Positions 1 to 9,323 of a stretch of DNA of 32,000 bases are shown in pieces (within the stretch, counting starts at the first letter, position 1; every line of letters starts with the position of its first letter). The notes under the pieces were generated by a model. That model did not search any database, was not told where the DNA came from, and saw nothing but the letters and a program-made list of their open reading frames with translations. The DNA is from Cenarchaeum sp. (GTDB lineage Archaea > Thermoproteota > Nitrososphaeria > Nitrososphaerales > Nitrosopumilaceae), in contig OZ242221.1 in the NCBI GenBank assembly GCA_965206845.1, positions 1,322,679 to 1,354,678 of the forward strand. Reading direction: 5' to 3'. Both the position numbers and the translations under genes were made by a program.

Positions 1-1355
1 GCCGGCTCACCGTCGGTGAGCGTCAGAAAAACACGCGGCCGCTTTGACTGCAGCGTCTCGTACATCTTGTCGTAGACCTCGGCCAGGGGGGTGGAGCCGT
101 TGGCGGCAATCTGGGTCAGCCGCTTTGCGCATATGTTATTCCACCTCTGGGTGTCGGGCTTTACCATCCAACACACCACCGCCCGATCCACGGTGCTAAA
201 CGCGTACACGGAGAACTTTACCTTCAGGTACGCCAGCACCTCGCACAGGGCCAGGGTGGCCTTCTTGTACCGGAGCTGCTCGGGCGATATGCTTGAGGAG
301 TGGTCCAGCATGATCATGATCTCGGTCCTGATGGACTTTTTGACGTCGGTGAAGAACGGCCGGTGCCCCTCGATGTACGACTCGTCGTCAAACTCGTCTC
401 CGGCGTCGAGGTGTTCCTCCTTCCACCCAAACCGCCAGTTCCGAAACTTTATCCTGAGGCGGCTGATCAGATCCATATCGTATATCGCGGTCTCGTCCAC
501 GCCTGTCTCCGGAGGTACCCGGACGCCTATGGACTCGTCCCCCAGCCCGCGGTTCTCACTCCTCCTGCTCTCATCCACCAGCGACTTGTATTCGTCCATG
601 ACGTTTCCGCCCCTAATTACGGCGGCGGGATCCACCTTCCCAAAGTCGCCGTCCCTGTTGCGGGCCACCCTGGCCATGGCCTTTAGCAGCTCCTCCTGGG
701 AGAGGGCCATGCCCGGCCTCATCCACGGCAGGGCGACAGGAATCGTAATCAGCGAGTCTATGTCCAGAATCCTGATGATCTTCGGAACCTTCTTCTCGAG
801 CCATGCGGTGTTGTGGCTCTTTTGTGCCGCCTCCCGGAGAGACTCCCTGGCAAAGGCCACGGCCCTTTTGACCCTCTCAAAGAGGGAGGCTGGAATCTCT
901 CCCTTGATGTCTCCAAAGAGCAGGTGCTGGTAGAACGCCTCGACTATCCTGGCCCTTCCGTACACGCTGCTCAGCAGTGGTCTGTAATTCCACTGAAAGG
1001 AGTAGTGCAGTATCATCTCCGAGTCCATGCCCCGCCAGATCCTCCTTCCCAGCAGCTCCACCCTTCTAGTCTCCAGCGCGTTGAGGATAAAACCGTAGGC
1101 GTGATCGCTGCTAAGAATCTTCGGGCACAGCCTCAGTCGCATGGACTCGTACCACAGCGATGCCCGGAACTGCCTGTACCTCTGGAAGCTGTCCCCTGCC
1201 AGCTTCTCTGCGGGAACAAGGACGATCCTCCGATCCCTTATCCTGGTTCTGTTCTCGCCGTTACCGGCAAACTCCAGAGTTACGTCGTCCATGCCGGACC
1301 AGCGCCTTGCAAGGAAGGTTCCTATCTCGATCAGCACGTCGCTGTTGAACTGCAT
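1..1355 (-). CDS. VWA (von Willebrand factor A) domain protein, CbbO/NorD-like partner of the adjacent AAA+ ATPase; 3' end truncated by the window edge
   Basis: My own minus-strand translation from the ATG at 1355-1353 (MQFNSDVLIEIGTFLARRWSGMDD...) stays open to position 1. It is absent from the ORF track because it runs off the window. It has a MIDAS-type DxSxS motif (MLDHSSSIS) near the window edge. Its start codon directly abuts the stop (1356-1358) of the upstream ATPase gene. Confidence 0.8.
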   Translation of the reverse strand, partial: MQFNSDVLIEIGTFLARRWSGMDDVTLEFAGNGENRTRIRDRRIVLVPAEKLAGDSFQRYRQFRASLWYESMRLRLCPKILSSDHAYGFILNALETRRVELLGRRIWRGMDSEMILHYSFQWNYRPLLSSVYGRARIVEAFYQHLLFGDIKGEIPASLFERVKRAVAFARESLREAAQKSHNTAWLEKKVPKIIRILDIDSLITIPVALPWMRPGMALSQEELLKAMARVARNRDGDFGKVDPAAVIRGGNVMDEYKSLVDESRRSENRGLGDESIGVRVPPETGVDETAIYDMDLISRLRIKFRNWRFGWKEEHLDAGDEFDDESYIEGHRPFFTDVKKSIRTEIMIMLDHSSSISPEQLRYKKATLALCEVLAYLKVKFSVYAFSTVDRAVVCWMVKPDTQRWNNICAKRLTQIAANGSTPLAEVYDKMYETLQSKRPRVFLTLTDGEP

Positions 1356-2153
1356 CTACGCACCAAACATCGATGTGATGATGTCGCCTACCTTCTGGTA
1401 CTCCACGCTTCCCCACTGCGAGTATACGTTTCCAAATACGATGCCTGCCGCCTCCAGGGGGCCCATCCCCGAGTCCAGCATCCTTCCGTAGGCGATGGTC
1501 TCGCGTATGCTGGGGGAGTAGTCCAGCTCCTCCACTGCCGCTGCCTGCCGTAGCACATTTGCCAGCTTGACTCCGTGTCTCAGCTGCCCGCCGTGATCCC
1601 CCGAGACATACTTTGCGATGATCTGCATCTCGACATCCTCAGGTGGGTACTCTAGCCTGATCCTGATGGGAAACCTGCTTAGCAGCTGTGGCGGAAGCTC
1701 CTTGGTGCCGACATGTGTCAGCGGATTGATGGTGGCCACCACGAACCAGTCTTGTGCCGCCCTGATCGTATCTCCTGCAGACTCCTTGAGCACGATCTGC
1801 CTCCGGTCGTCCAGCGCCTCGTCCAGCCTCAGCAGCACATCGGCCTCGGCCGCGTTAAGCTCGTCTAGGTACAGCATGCCCCCGCTCCTCATGGATCTTA
1901 TCAGGATGCCCTCATCAAAGCTCACAGTGCCATCGTTCAGGGTCTTGGTGCCCACCAGGTGGCTCTCCCTGGTTCTGAGGCTAAAGTTTACCGACTCGAG
2001 GTTCCGGGATTTGCCTGCCGCAAACTCCCTTACCAGCGATGTCTTGCCAGTTCCCTTGGGGCCTATGATCAGGACAAAGATGCTAGCCTCGTAGGCCCGG
2101 TTGAGTATATCTATGGAGTTGTTCCAGTCCAGGTACGAGGTTCCCTGCAGCAA
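1356..2153 (-). CDS. AAA+ ATPase of the MoxR/CbbQ/NorQ (AAA_5) family
   Basis: 265 aa ORF. Walker A is GPKGTGKTS and Walker B is LYLDELN. The size and overall pattern match CbbQ/NorQ-type ATPases. It is translationally abutted to the downstream VWA gene. Confidence 0.85.
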   Translation of the reverse strand: MLQGTSYLDWNNSIDILNRAYEASIFVLIIGPKGTGKTSLVREFAAGKSRNLESVNFSLRTRESHLVGTKTLNDGTVSFDEGILIRSMRSGGMLYLDELNAAEADVLLRLDEALDDRRQIVLKESAGDTIRAAQDWFVVATINPLTHVGTKELPPQLLSRFPIRIRLEYPPEDVEMQIIAKYVSGDHGGQLRHGVKLANVLRQAAAVEELDYSPSIRETIAYGRMLDSGMGPLEAAGIVFGNVYSQWGSVEYQKVGDIITSMFGA

Positions 2154-2186
2154 TATGTCTCATGATTGCGTGTTTGCAAATAAATC

Positions 2187-3645
2187 TTAGTTTTGGTATT
2201 GGGCCAGCTTTGTGTTTGACTCGTCTAGGATCTTGTGTAGTGTGTCCCTCCAGACCTCAAATCCCTGGGGGGAGTCGGGGTAGTTGTAGTAGTGCTCAGT
2301 CAGCCTCCTGTTCTGGCTAGTGGTGAACCGAAGGCCGCCGGCAAGTCGCTTGTTTAGCGCTCCGCGGATTATCATTCCCAGCCTTCCCAGTGAGCTGAAG
2401 TCGGGGTGCTCGCCCTTTGAGATCGCCTCCACGCTCAGGTTTCCAAGAAAGTGCTTCATGCCGTAGCTTAACTGCTCGTTGGAGAGCGTCTGTATGAGCC
2501 TGCGGAATATCTCAAGGCCTGCCGTCTTGTAACCGTACTCGTTGATGAACCGCTTGTTGTACCTCCACAGGCCGCTCTCTGTCACGTTGTTCTCCTGTAT
2601 GGCCTCCACGACGCACTCGCCCACTATGGTTCCCGCCACCAGCGCAGGGCCGATTCCCCCGGCGTCCAGCGGCTTTGGCATCCATGCCGAGTCACCCACC
2701 AGGATAAACCCGCCTGCGACCATACAATCATTCTGCCTCCGGACCGAGACCTGAAAGTTTCCCACTGCGTTGTTGCTGTCCTCCGGATCCTCAGACACCC
2801 TGGGCCTCTTTATCGCGCGGTTCCTGTTTATGTACTCCTCGATGAGCGTGGATACGTTGTCCTTCCTTCCCAGCCTGGCGTTTCGCCTCTCTAGGAGCGT
2901 CTTCTCGACGCCGAGGCCGATGTTTACCTTGTCCTTTCCCTTGGGAAAGACCCAGCCATACCCTCCTGGGGCTATGTCCTGATCCAGGTGGATTATGCAG
3001 TAGTCGGGATCAAACTCGGAGAGATCGGCTTCCCCCTGCTCAAAGTACATGATCTTTCTGCCGGTGGACTCGACATCTTGGCGGTCCACCTTCCTCTCCA
3101 TTCTGGTGGTGTTGGATATCTGGTTTCGCAGCATCGAGGTTACGCCGGTGGCGTCGATCACCACCTTTGCGGTTCTCTTGTATGGCTGTTTCTTGCTGTC
3201 TATGCCCCGGACTCCCACCACCTGGGAGTCGTCGTACAGCAGTCCGGTCAGGTTCACCTCATAATCAAAGTCGACTCCCATATTCAGCGTTCTCTCGTTC
3301 TGCTTCTCGGGAAGAAGCTGCCTGTTGAGCATGTATCCGTCGCCGTCAAATGGGATCGATGTCTTCCTGTCCGGAGAGAATGCCATGACGCCCTTGACCT
3401 TGTGCTCGATCTCCGGCTCGCTCCAGGACACGCCGATCCTGTCACTCATGTAGTCCACGGCCTCCTTGCTTACCGCGTCGCCGCAGATCCACCCGCTGAT
3501 GCTCTTCCTTCCAGGCACGATGGCTGAGTTCCTGTCGATCACAAGAATCTTCAGTCCCTGCTTGGAGTATCTTGATACCGACTGGGCCGCCACGGTTCCG
3601 GCCAGCCCACCCCCTGCCACGATGACGTCATAATCTGACAACAAG
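2187..3645 (-). CDS. Geranylgeranyl reductase family FAD-dependent oxidoreductase
   Basis: It has an N-terminal dinucleotide-binding motif, YDVIVAGGGLAGTVAA. The track ORF extends to 3737, but an AT-rich TATA box (3661-3677) lies inside that extension. TTG codons at 3645/3642 sit about 20 nt downstream of the TATA and just before SDYDVIVAGGG, so a leaderless TTG start is more plausible. ATG alternatives are at 3716 and 3737. Confidence 0.75.
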
Positions 3646-3660
3646 ATACTCCGCAGCTCA

Positions 3661-3677
3661 TAGATATTTAAAATAAT
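3661..3677 (-). promoter_or_regulatory. TATA-box-like promoter element of the reductase gene
   Basis: The minus strand reads ATTATTTTAAATATCTA, about 20 nt upstream of the TTG TTG TCA GAT TAT GAC codons. Confidence 0.5.
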
Positions 3678-3685
3678 GCAGTCGC

Positions 3686-3817
3686 GAACTTTGTTTCCCA
3701 ATTTCGATAAACGCATCTGAGTTGCCACAAAGAGCACGATTCTCGTGTGACTTGACGCTGTTTACGGACTAAATTAATCGTAAAAGTGCGAAATGTTTGG
3801 ATTGGGAAACAAAGTTC
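3686..3817. repeat. Perfect 17 bp inverted repeat (GAACTTTGTTTCCCAAT / ATTGGGAAACAAAGTTC) with a 98 bp spacer, just upstream of the reductase promoter
   Basis: The arms at 3686-3702 and 3801-3817 are exact reverse complements. I read this directly from the sequence. Confidence 0.9.
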
Positions 3818-4276
3818 AGTCGCGGCGTGAGTGGGATCGCCGGGCCGGACGTGGGGACTTGTCCGGGCGTATGGGCCCGTGCCGGATTGAAGACGGATAC
3901 GGCCCCGTGTATTTCTAGCGAGCTGGTTCCGGCGCTGCTGTTGTCTGCGGGCCGATCCGCGCCAGCGGCTCGTATTTTAAACTGGGTCGGATCGTCGCGG
4001 GGTCTTCAACGCTTGCGCTCAGACTGGAACGGCTGTTATTTCCTCATTCCCGGTTATGCTTGGGGGTTCGTTCTATTTATTGCTGTGTTTGCGGCTGCGT
4101 CCTACAGGCATAACCACCTATGTTAAAACATCCGGTCATAGTCAAGCGTTGATTCCGTCTGACTTCTGATCCACGCCTAGGTTACGCGCGTACAACTTTA
4201 AAGCTATCGCTAGGAATTGGATTGCAGAAAATGTACTGGTGCGGGCCAGCCTAGCTGGCCAGTCCGCCCCGTGCAC

Positions 4277-5356
4277 CTACTGCAGAATCTTCTTCATCCG
4301 TTTCAGCTTTCTGGCATATCTGCTTGCGTCATGGGGCTCGTATGGTTCCTTGGCAGTCAGCATCTTCCAGATGATCCTCACCATCTTGTTTGCCACGTGT
4401 GTTATGGCAATCGGGTGGTTGCCACCGTGCCTTGTCTTGGCATTTTGATAGAACCACTTTAGTCTGTCATCATGGCGCACCGCCACGTTGGCTGCTTGGA
4501 TCATTATCCAGTTTACCCTTCGGTTTGACGCCTTTTTCATGCGGCCGTGGTGCGTCACGTTGCCGGACTGGCAGACTCGCGGACACATCCCGGTCCATGA
4601 GACCAGTCTGTCTGCGGTCTTGAACCTGGTGATGTCGCCAACCTCAGATACCAGCAGCATCGCGGCAAACGCCTCTATGCCAGTCATGCTCATCAGCAGT
4701 TTCGCATCCTCGTTGACTGCGGCCTGCCTGTCTATCTCTGCCTCGATGCCAGATATCTCCTCTGTGGCATGTGCAATCCTTTTGACGCAGTTTTGCAGGA
4801 TCATGTTGTCATTTGGTTTCTTAAGGCGTATCTGCGAAAGCAGCCTGATGGCCTTTTTGCTGTGCATCCTTGAGACATCTGGCATCACGTCGTACTTGTC
4901 AAGCAAGCCGTGCGTGTAGTTGATCAGGGCAGTCCTTGCCTGAACCATGCTTATCCTGTACCTGAGCAGTTCCCTGACATCGCGCAAATCCGATGGTGCC
5001 ACGTAGCATTCTGGGATAATCCCCACGCGCAGCGCGTTTGCAATCTTTTGCGCGTCGATGGGATCCGTCTTGACATCGGTGTCCGATATTATCTTCATCT
5101 TGTACGTGTTGGCAAGCTTTACCGGTATCCCGCACCCCTCGAAGGCCTCAAACGTCTTGAGCCACATGTTTCCAGTCGACTCGCACGCGGCCCTGCACCG
5201 TCCCTTCCCGCTGTATTCTTTTTTCATCCTGCGTGCAAACTCTTTTGCGTCTTCCAGCGTGTTCACGTATGATGTCCTCTCCAGCACGTTTCCCTTGCCG
5301 TCCACTACGCATACCATGCATTTTCCCTTACCAATGTCTATTCCTATGTTTCTCAT
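4277..5356 (-). CDS. IS110-family (DEDD) transposase/recombinase
   Basis: It has the N-terminal IGIDIGKGK DEDD motif region and the C-terminal Transposase_20-like pattern (LMSMTGIEAFAAMLLVSEVGDITRF..., SGNVTHHGRMKKASNRRVN). The ATG at 5356 is preceded by GGAGGTGA about 10 nt upstream. The track ORF extends to 5410. Confidence 0.85.
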   Translation of the reverse strand: MRNIGIDIGKGKCMVCVVDGKGNVLERTSYVNTLEDAKEFARRMKKEYSGKGRCRAACESTGNMWLKTFEAFEGCGIPVKLANTYKMKIISDTDVKTDPIDAQKIANALRVGIIPECYVAPSDLRDVRELLRYRISMVQARTALINYTHGLLDKYDVMPDVSRMHSKKAIRLLSQIRLKKPNDNMILQNCVKRIAHATEEISGIEAEIDRQAAVNEDAKLLMSMTGIEAFAAMLLVSEVGDITRFKTADRLVSWTGMCPRVCQSGNVTHHGRMKKASNRRVNWIMIQAANVAVRHDDRLKWFYQNAKTRHGGNHPIAITHVANKMVRIIWKMLTAKEPYEPHDASRYARKLKRMKKILQ

Positions 5357-5726
5357 CCTTTCTCTCACCTCCTTGCGGATTGTTTTTGATGGATCGGAAG
5401 CTGCAATCACCTATCAGTGCGCGAAGCACAGGAACACAGCAGCTCGGATTGCCCCATTCAAATGAAAGTGCGCGGAGCACATGGTTATCAAGGGGTCGAT
5501 CCACTGCCACGACTACGACGAGGATGTTTTTCCAAATGAATCAAATCTACAGAACCGATTCCAGTTCATATGTGCTTGTAGGACACAGTTTGTGTTTGCA
5601 GGGCGCGCATGCGGCAGGCTTCTGCTCCATTCGGGCGCAGGTCTGCGCACCCGGTCACGCCTTCGCGCTTGGCGCTACGGCAGACGATTCCTGCGTTGCT
5701 TACGTGCCCGGACTGAAGGTTCGGGC

Positions 5727-8700
5727 CTACACGGCTTTTGCGTCGCATATGCTCCGATAGTCGCACCAGTTGCAGACGCCGTAGCTGGGAGTGGGCTCAA
5801 AGTTCTCACTGAGAATCTGTGCGATCATCTCCTCGATGGACTCCATGGACGCATCGACCGACCCTTTGGTGACCGCATACTCGACAACCTTGCCTCTCTC
5901 AAGATAGAACAGCGACGCCTTTGCTGGCAGCTCGCCCTTGAGCTTCTCGACTGCCTTTGCGTAGATGTTCAGCTGCGGATCCGCCGCCGCCTTTGGCCTG
6001 CTCAATACGCTCTTTCCGGATTTAAAGTCCACCACCTCGTATCTGCCGCCGGGGTTTCTCTCCAACCTGTCAATCCTTCCGTTGAACCTGACGTCGCCAA
6101 TCAGTATGCTGAAGGGAATCTCGGTGTCCACCAGCTCGTTTTCCGAGCGTTCCTCCCACTCCAGATATGCCCGTATCATGGCGTCTGCCCGATCCGTGAT
6201 CCTCTTCTCACCGGCCCTGCTCTGAATGCCCGGGCTCCACATCTTTGTGAACTTCTTCATGCTGTCCTCTGGTGTGACGCCTCGGCCCTGCGATCTCGCC
6301 TTTGCGGCCTCCTCGACCACTGCATGGATCACCCTGCCAAGATTGGCAGGGATGCTTGGCGGGCGGGGGACCCGGTCGATCTTCTCGAACTTGAATTGTA
6401 GCGGACACTTCTCATACGCCTTGATGCCGCTGGCAGACAGGGTCAGCTCATCGTGGTTGAACAGCGGCCGGCTCATGTCTGCCACCTCCGCAGACAGGTC
6501 CACGTCACCCATGTCGACATCTAGTATGCTCCGGGGGTCAAAGCCGTCAAGGTTGCCGAACCGCTCGTAGTGCTGGATGCGCGACAGCTCGACGATCTTG
6601 TGGATCGCAGTCTTGAGACTCGATTGGCCAATCGCTGTATATGCCTGCTTCTGCTTGTCTGACTTTGTGCGCTCTACCCGGCTTACGGGCTGTGCATCAA
6701 AGTCCTCCGACTCGTCAAAGTCAGTTACCTCGATCAGCGGGTTTCTCCTGTAGTCCAGCTCGACTAGGAACCGGGACGGGTCCGTGTCCCTGACGTTCTC
6801 GCCGTACCGTATTGGCTGGATCATGTACAGTCTCTTCATGGCCCTGGTTATGGCCACGTAGAACAGCCTGCGCTCTTCCGCGTCGTGCATCTCTTTTGTG
6901 TCCTCCCTCCTGTTGTCTCCCTGCAGCAGCCCCAGGGGAATGCGGAACGGTTTCTCCCGATACCTGAGGGGAAACCGGTTCTTGGCCATGTCAGTGACAA
7001 AGACGACGGGAAACTCCTTTCCCTTGCTCTTGTGCATGGTCAGGACGTTGACGGCATCAGCAGGCGCGGCATCCTCCAGCTCGACACTCCACCCGTCCAG
7101 TGCCGAGACGGACTCGAGAAAGCCGCCAAGCGAGCGATCAGCAAAGATCTCATCGTACTCTTCTGCGATCCTGTGGATCTTGCTCAGCAGCAGGGCGCTT
7201 GTCTTGTCCTGGTGGCCTGACTGCAGCGCCCGCTTGTACAGCCCTGACTGCTTCATCATTACATGGTACACGAGATCGCTTACGGAAGAGCCAGCCGCCA
7301 GCCTGATTATGTCCTCAAGGAGGGCCACAAGCTCTGAGATCTCCTGCTTTTGTGTGATCGCGAGCTTGTCACAATCCCTTACCGTCTCCCAGACAAGGTC
7401 TCGGGACCCGTCTCCTGCACCCCTCGCCTCCTTGTGCGCCTGGCTCATCAGCACCATGATGTTCCTCTCTGTGATACCACGTTTCCTTAGCAGATCAAAT
7501 ATCATCATTCCGGCAGTCCCCTGGGAATGCGCAATTTTGAGGTAAGCCACGAGCTCGGCGACGGCCGGGTTGCGGCGAATGTCCGGCTCCATCTCGACGG
7601 AGGCAGGTATCCCAAAGGACTCCAGAGCCTGGGCGAACCTGCGACCCTCTTCCTTGCGCCTTGACAGGATTGCTATGTCCCGATAGCGCATGCCATCCTT
7701 GATCATCTGGCGTATGGTCTGGACGACAAACTCCGTCTGCCCGTTCCCGGTCGGCGTGCATACCACGGCTATCTTGTCCCCATCCGGGTTCGGGTGCTGA
7801 CACCCCTCTGTGTCCCGCCCGAGAACTTGGTTTGCGATGCGTATGATGTTTCCGGTGCTGCGGTAGTTTTTTACGAGTCTCACCTCCTTCAGTTCGGGAT
7901 ACGTCTTCTTGTACTCCTGGAATATCCCGGAGTGCGATCCCTGAAACCCCATGATGGACTGGTCCTCGTCTCCCACCACGCCGATGTTCCTGTGGCTGGC
8001 AAGGAGCTTGGCCAGCTCCAGCTGCGCATAGTTGTTGTCCTGGAACTCGTCGATCATGACATACCGGTATCTCTCCTGGTACTTGGCCAGCAGGGCCGCA
8101 TTCCCTCTGAGTACCTCGACTGTCTTGGACACCATGTCGCCAAAGTCGACTAGGTTCCTCTCGGTTCTGTACTCCTCGTAGGCCCGGTACATCTTGCCAA
8201 GCTCGCCGAGCTTGTGGATGAGCTCCGGGTTCTGCGGCTCTGGGGAGCCCAGCTGCTCGTCGACGTACCCCTGCAGTCTCTGCGGCGAGATCATCTCATC
8301 CTTGAGGCTTCTCACTGCCTCGAGCATTCCGGCGTAGATCTCCCTCGTGCTCCCTCCGATGTCTACGTACTCTGGGTTAAAGCCAAACCTGTCAGTGTTC
8401 CTGAGGCACCAGATCAGCTGCGCCCACTTCTCGAAGATTCTGGTCTCCCGGCCCACCCCGGACTCGGCAAGGTTCTCCAGCAGAATCTCCCTTGCAAACG
8501 CATGAAACGTGCTGACCTTTACATCGAGCTTGCCGCGCTCCTCCAGCCTCTCCTGCATCTCGCCTGTGGCCTTGTTGGTAAATGTGAGGCAGAGAATGGA
8601 CGACTGCGCAACGCCAGCCTCTATCAGGCTGAGTGCCCTGCTGACGATCACGCGGGTCTTGCCGCTTCCGGGGCCTGCGATGATCATCAGCGGCCCCTGT

Positions 8701-8867
8701 CTGTGGTCTGCTGCCTGCTGCTGCTCTGGGTTCAGGCCGTCACTCAACGCATGCCGCCTCCGCATCCCTGCATGTGCTGGTACCTGCGCCCGAGACACGA
8801 TTCCATGCCGTGGTGCCGCATGCACGGTGCACGCCTGCCGCCCATTTGAGTCCTCCCACATCCACAC
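5727..8867 (-). CDS. UvrD/PcrA-type superfamily 1 helicase fused to a C-terminal PD-(D/E)xK (Cas4/AddB-like) nuclease with a 4-Cys cluster
   Basis: The helicase part shows Walker A AGPGSGKT, LNPEQQQA, and DEFQD. The C-terminus shows GRIDRLE, VVDFKSGK, QLNIYA, and the cysteines EKCP ... CNWCDYRSIC (C-x2-C-x5-C). The start is uncertain: GTG at 8867, ATG at 8861, or ATG at 8765 (MRRRHALSDGLNPEQ). Confidence 0.85.
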   Translation of the reverse strand: MWMWEDSNGRQACTVHAAPRHGIVSRAQVPAHAGMRRRHALSDGLNPEQQQAADHRQGPLMIIAGPGSGKTRVIVSRALSLIEAGVAQSSILCLTFTNKATGEMQERLEERGKLDVKVSTFHAFAREILLENLAESGVGRETRIFEKWAQLIWCLRNTDRFGFNPEYVDIGGSTREIYAGMLEAVRSLKDEMISPQRLQGYVDEQLGSPEPQNPELIHKLGELGKMYRAYEEYRTERNLVDFGDMVSKTVEVLRGNAALLAKYQERYRYVMIDEFQDNNYAQLELAKLLASHRNIGVVGDEDQSIMGFQGSHSGIFQEYKKTYPELKEVRLVKNYRSTGNIIRIANQVLGRDTEGCQHPNPDGDKIAVVCTPTGNGQTEFVVQTIRQMIKDGMRYRDIAILSRRKEEGRRFAQALESFGIPASVEMEPDIRRNPAVAELVAYLKIAHSQGTAGMMIFDLLRKRGITERNIMVLMSQAHKEARGAGDGSRDLVWETVRDCDKLAITQKQEISELVALLEDIIRLAAGSSVSDLVYHVMMKQSGLYKRALQSGHQDKTSALLLSKIHRIAEEYDEIFADRSLGGFLESVSALDGWSVELEDAAPADAVNVLTMHKSKGKEFPVVFVTDMAKNRFPLRYREKPFRIPLGLLQGDNRREDTKEMHDAEERRLFYVAITRAMKRLYMIQPIRYGENVRDTDPSRFLVELDYRRNPLIEVTDFDESEDFDAQPVSRVERTKSDKQKQAYTAIGQSSLKTAIHKIVELSRIQHYERFGNLDGFDPRSILDVDMGDVDLSAEVADMSRPLFNHDELTLSASGIKAYEKCPLQFKFEKIDRVPRPPSIPANLGRVIHAVVEEAAKARSQGRGVTPEDSMKKFTKMWSPGIQSRAGEKRITDRADAMIRAYLEWEERSENELVDTEIPFSILIGDVRFNGRIDRLERNPGGRYEVVDFKSGKSVLSRPKAAADPQLNIYAKAVEKLKGELPAKASLFYLERGKVVEYAVTKGSVDASMESIEEMIAQILSENFEPTPSYGVCNWCDYRSICDAKAV

Positions 8868-8871
8868 CGCA

Positions 8872-9306
8872 TCATCCGTCCCGGCGGAGCGACTCGAGCA
8901 GCTCCCTGTAGGTGCTCTGCAGATCTACCTTGCGGTACACCGGCGTGAATATCTTGATCCTGACGGGACTCTGCTGGAGCAGCTTCAGTCTGCCCTGGAC
9001 AAACTCCTGCCTGTCAAAGCGCAGGTATATTCCGGAACCCGAGACAAAGAGATCCATGTCCTCCAGTATCTCCTGAAACTGCCCATTCTTCATGCGCCGC
9101 ACCATCCTGCCGACAAACCTGCTGGCCTGCCTTCTGGCAATCTTGGCGCTCAGAACCGTGATGGGGTTCTCAAAGTGCCCGGTCTGGTGCGACACGGCAA
9201 AGTCGTCCTTGTGCAGGTCGTATATCTCAAAGGCATCAAAGAATTTTGTGGAATCCTCTGTGGCGTGAAGTATGACATCAATGCTAACTTCCAGCCTGTT
9301 TGCCAT
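8872..9306 (-). CDS. Small conserved archaeal protein, possibly a DUF54/COG1931-type RNA-binding protein
   Basis: 144 aa ORF with an N-terminal VSIDVILHATEDSTK pattern that resembles the DUF54 family. A TATA-like TTTGTATATAAC lies about 22 nt upstream of the ATG. The family assignment is from memory of the motif only. Confidence 0.6.
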   Translation of the reverse strand: MANRLEVSIDVILHATEDSTKFFDAFEIYDLHKDDFAVSHQTGHFENPITVLSAKIARRQASRFVGRMVRRMKNGQFQEILEDMDLFVSGSGIYLRFDRQEFVQGRLKLLQQSPVRIKIFTPVYRKVDLQSTYRELLESLRRDG

Positions 9307-9323
9307 CTTGTGACTAGGCTATG

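Noticed and set aside
91-1553. Long plus-strand ORFs (91-933, 300-686, 813-1553, 1141-1491) at the left edge
   Set aside because: They are antisense to the VWA gene, which I translated on the minus strand (1-1355). That gene has a MIDAS motif and a start codon abutting the ATPase stop. The plus-strand products are S/R/P/L-rich and low in complexity, as expected for shadow ORFs in GC-rich DNA.
3797-4462. ORFs 3797-4126, 4217-4462 and 4239-4448 in the region downstream of the IS110 recombinase
   Set aside because: They have no motifs. The first begins inside the 17 bp inverted repeat, and the others are antisense to the recombinase 3' end. I treated the region as non-coding.
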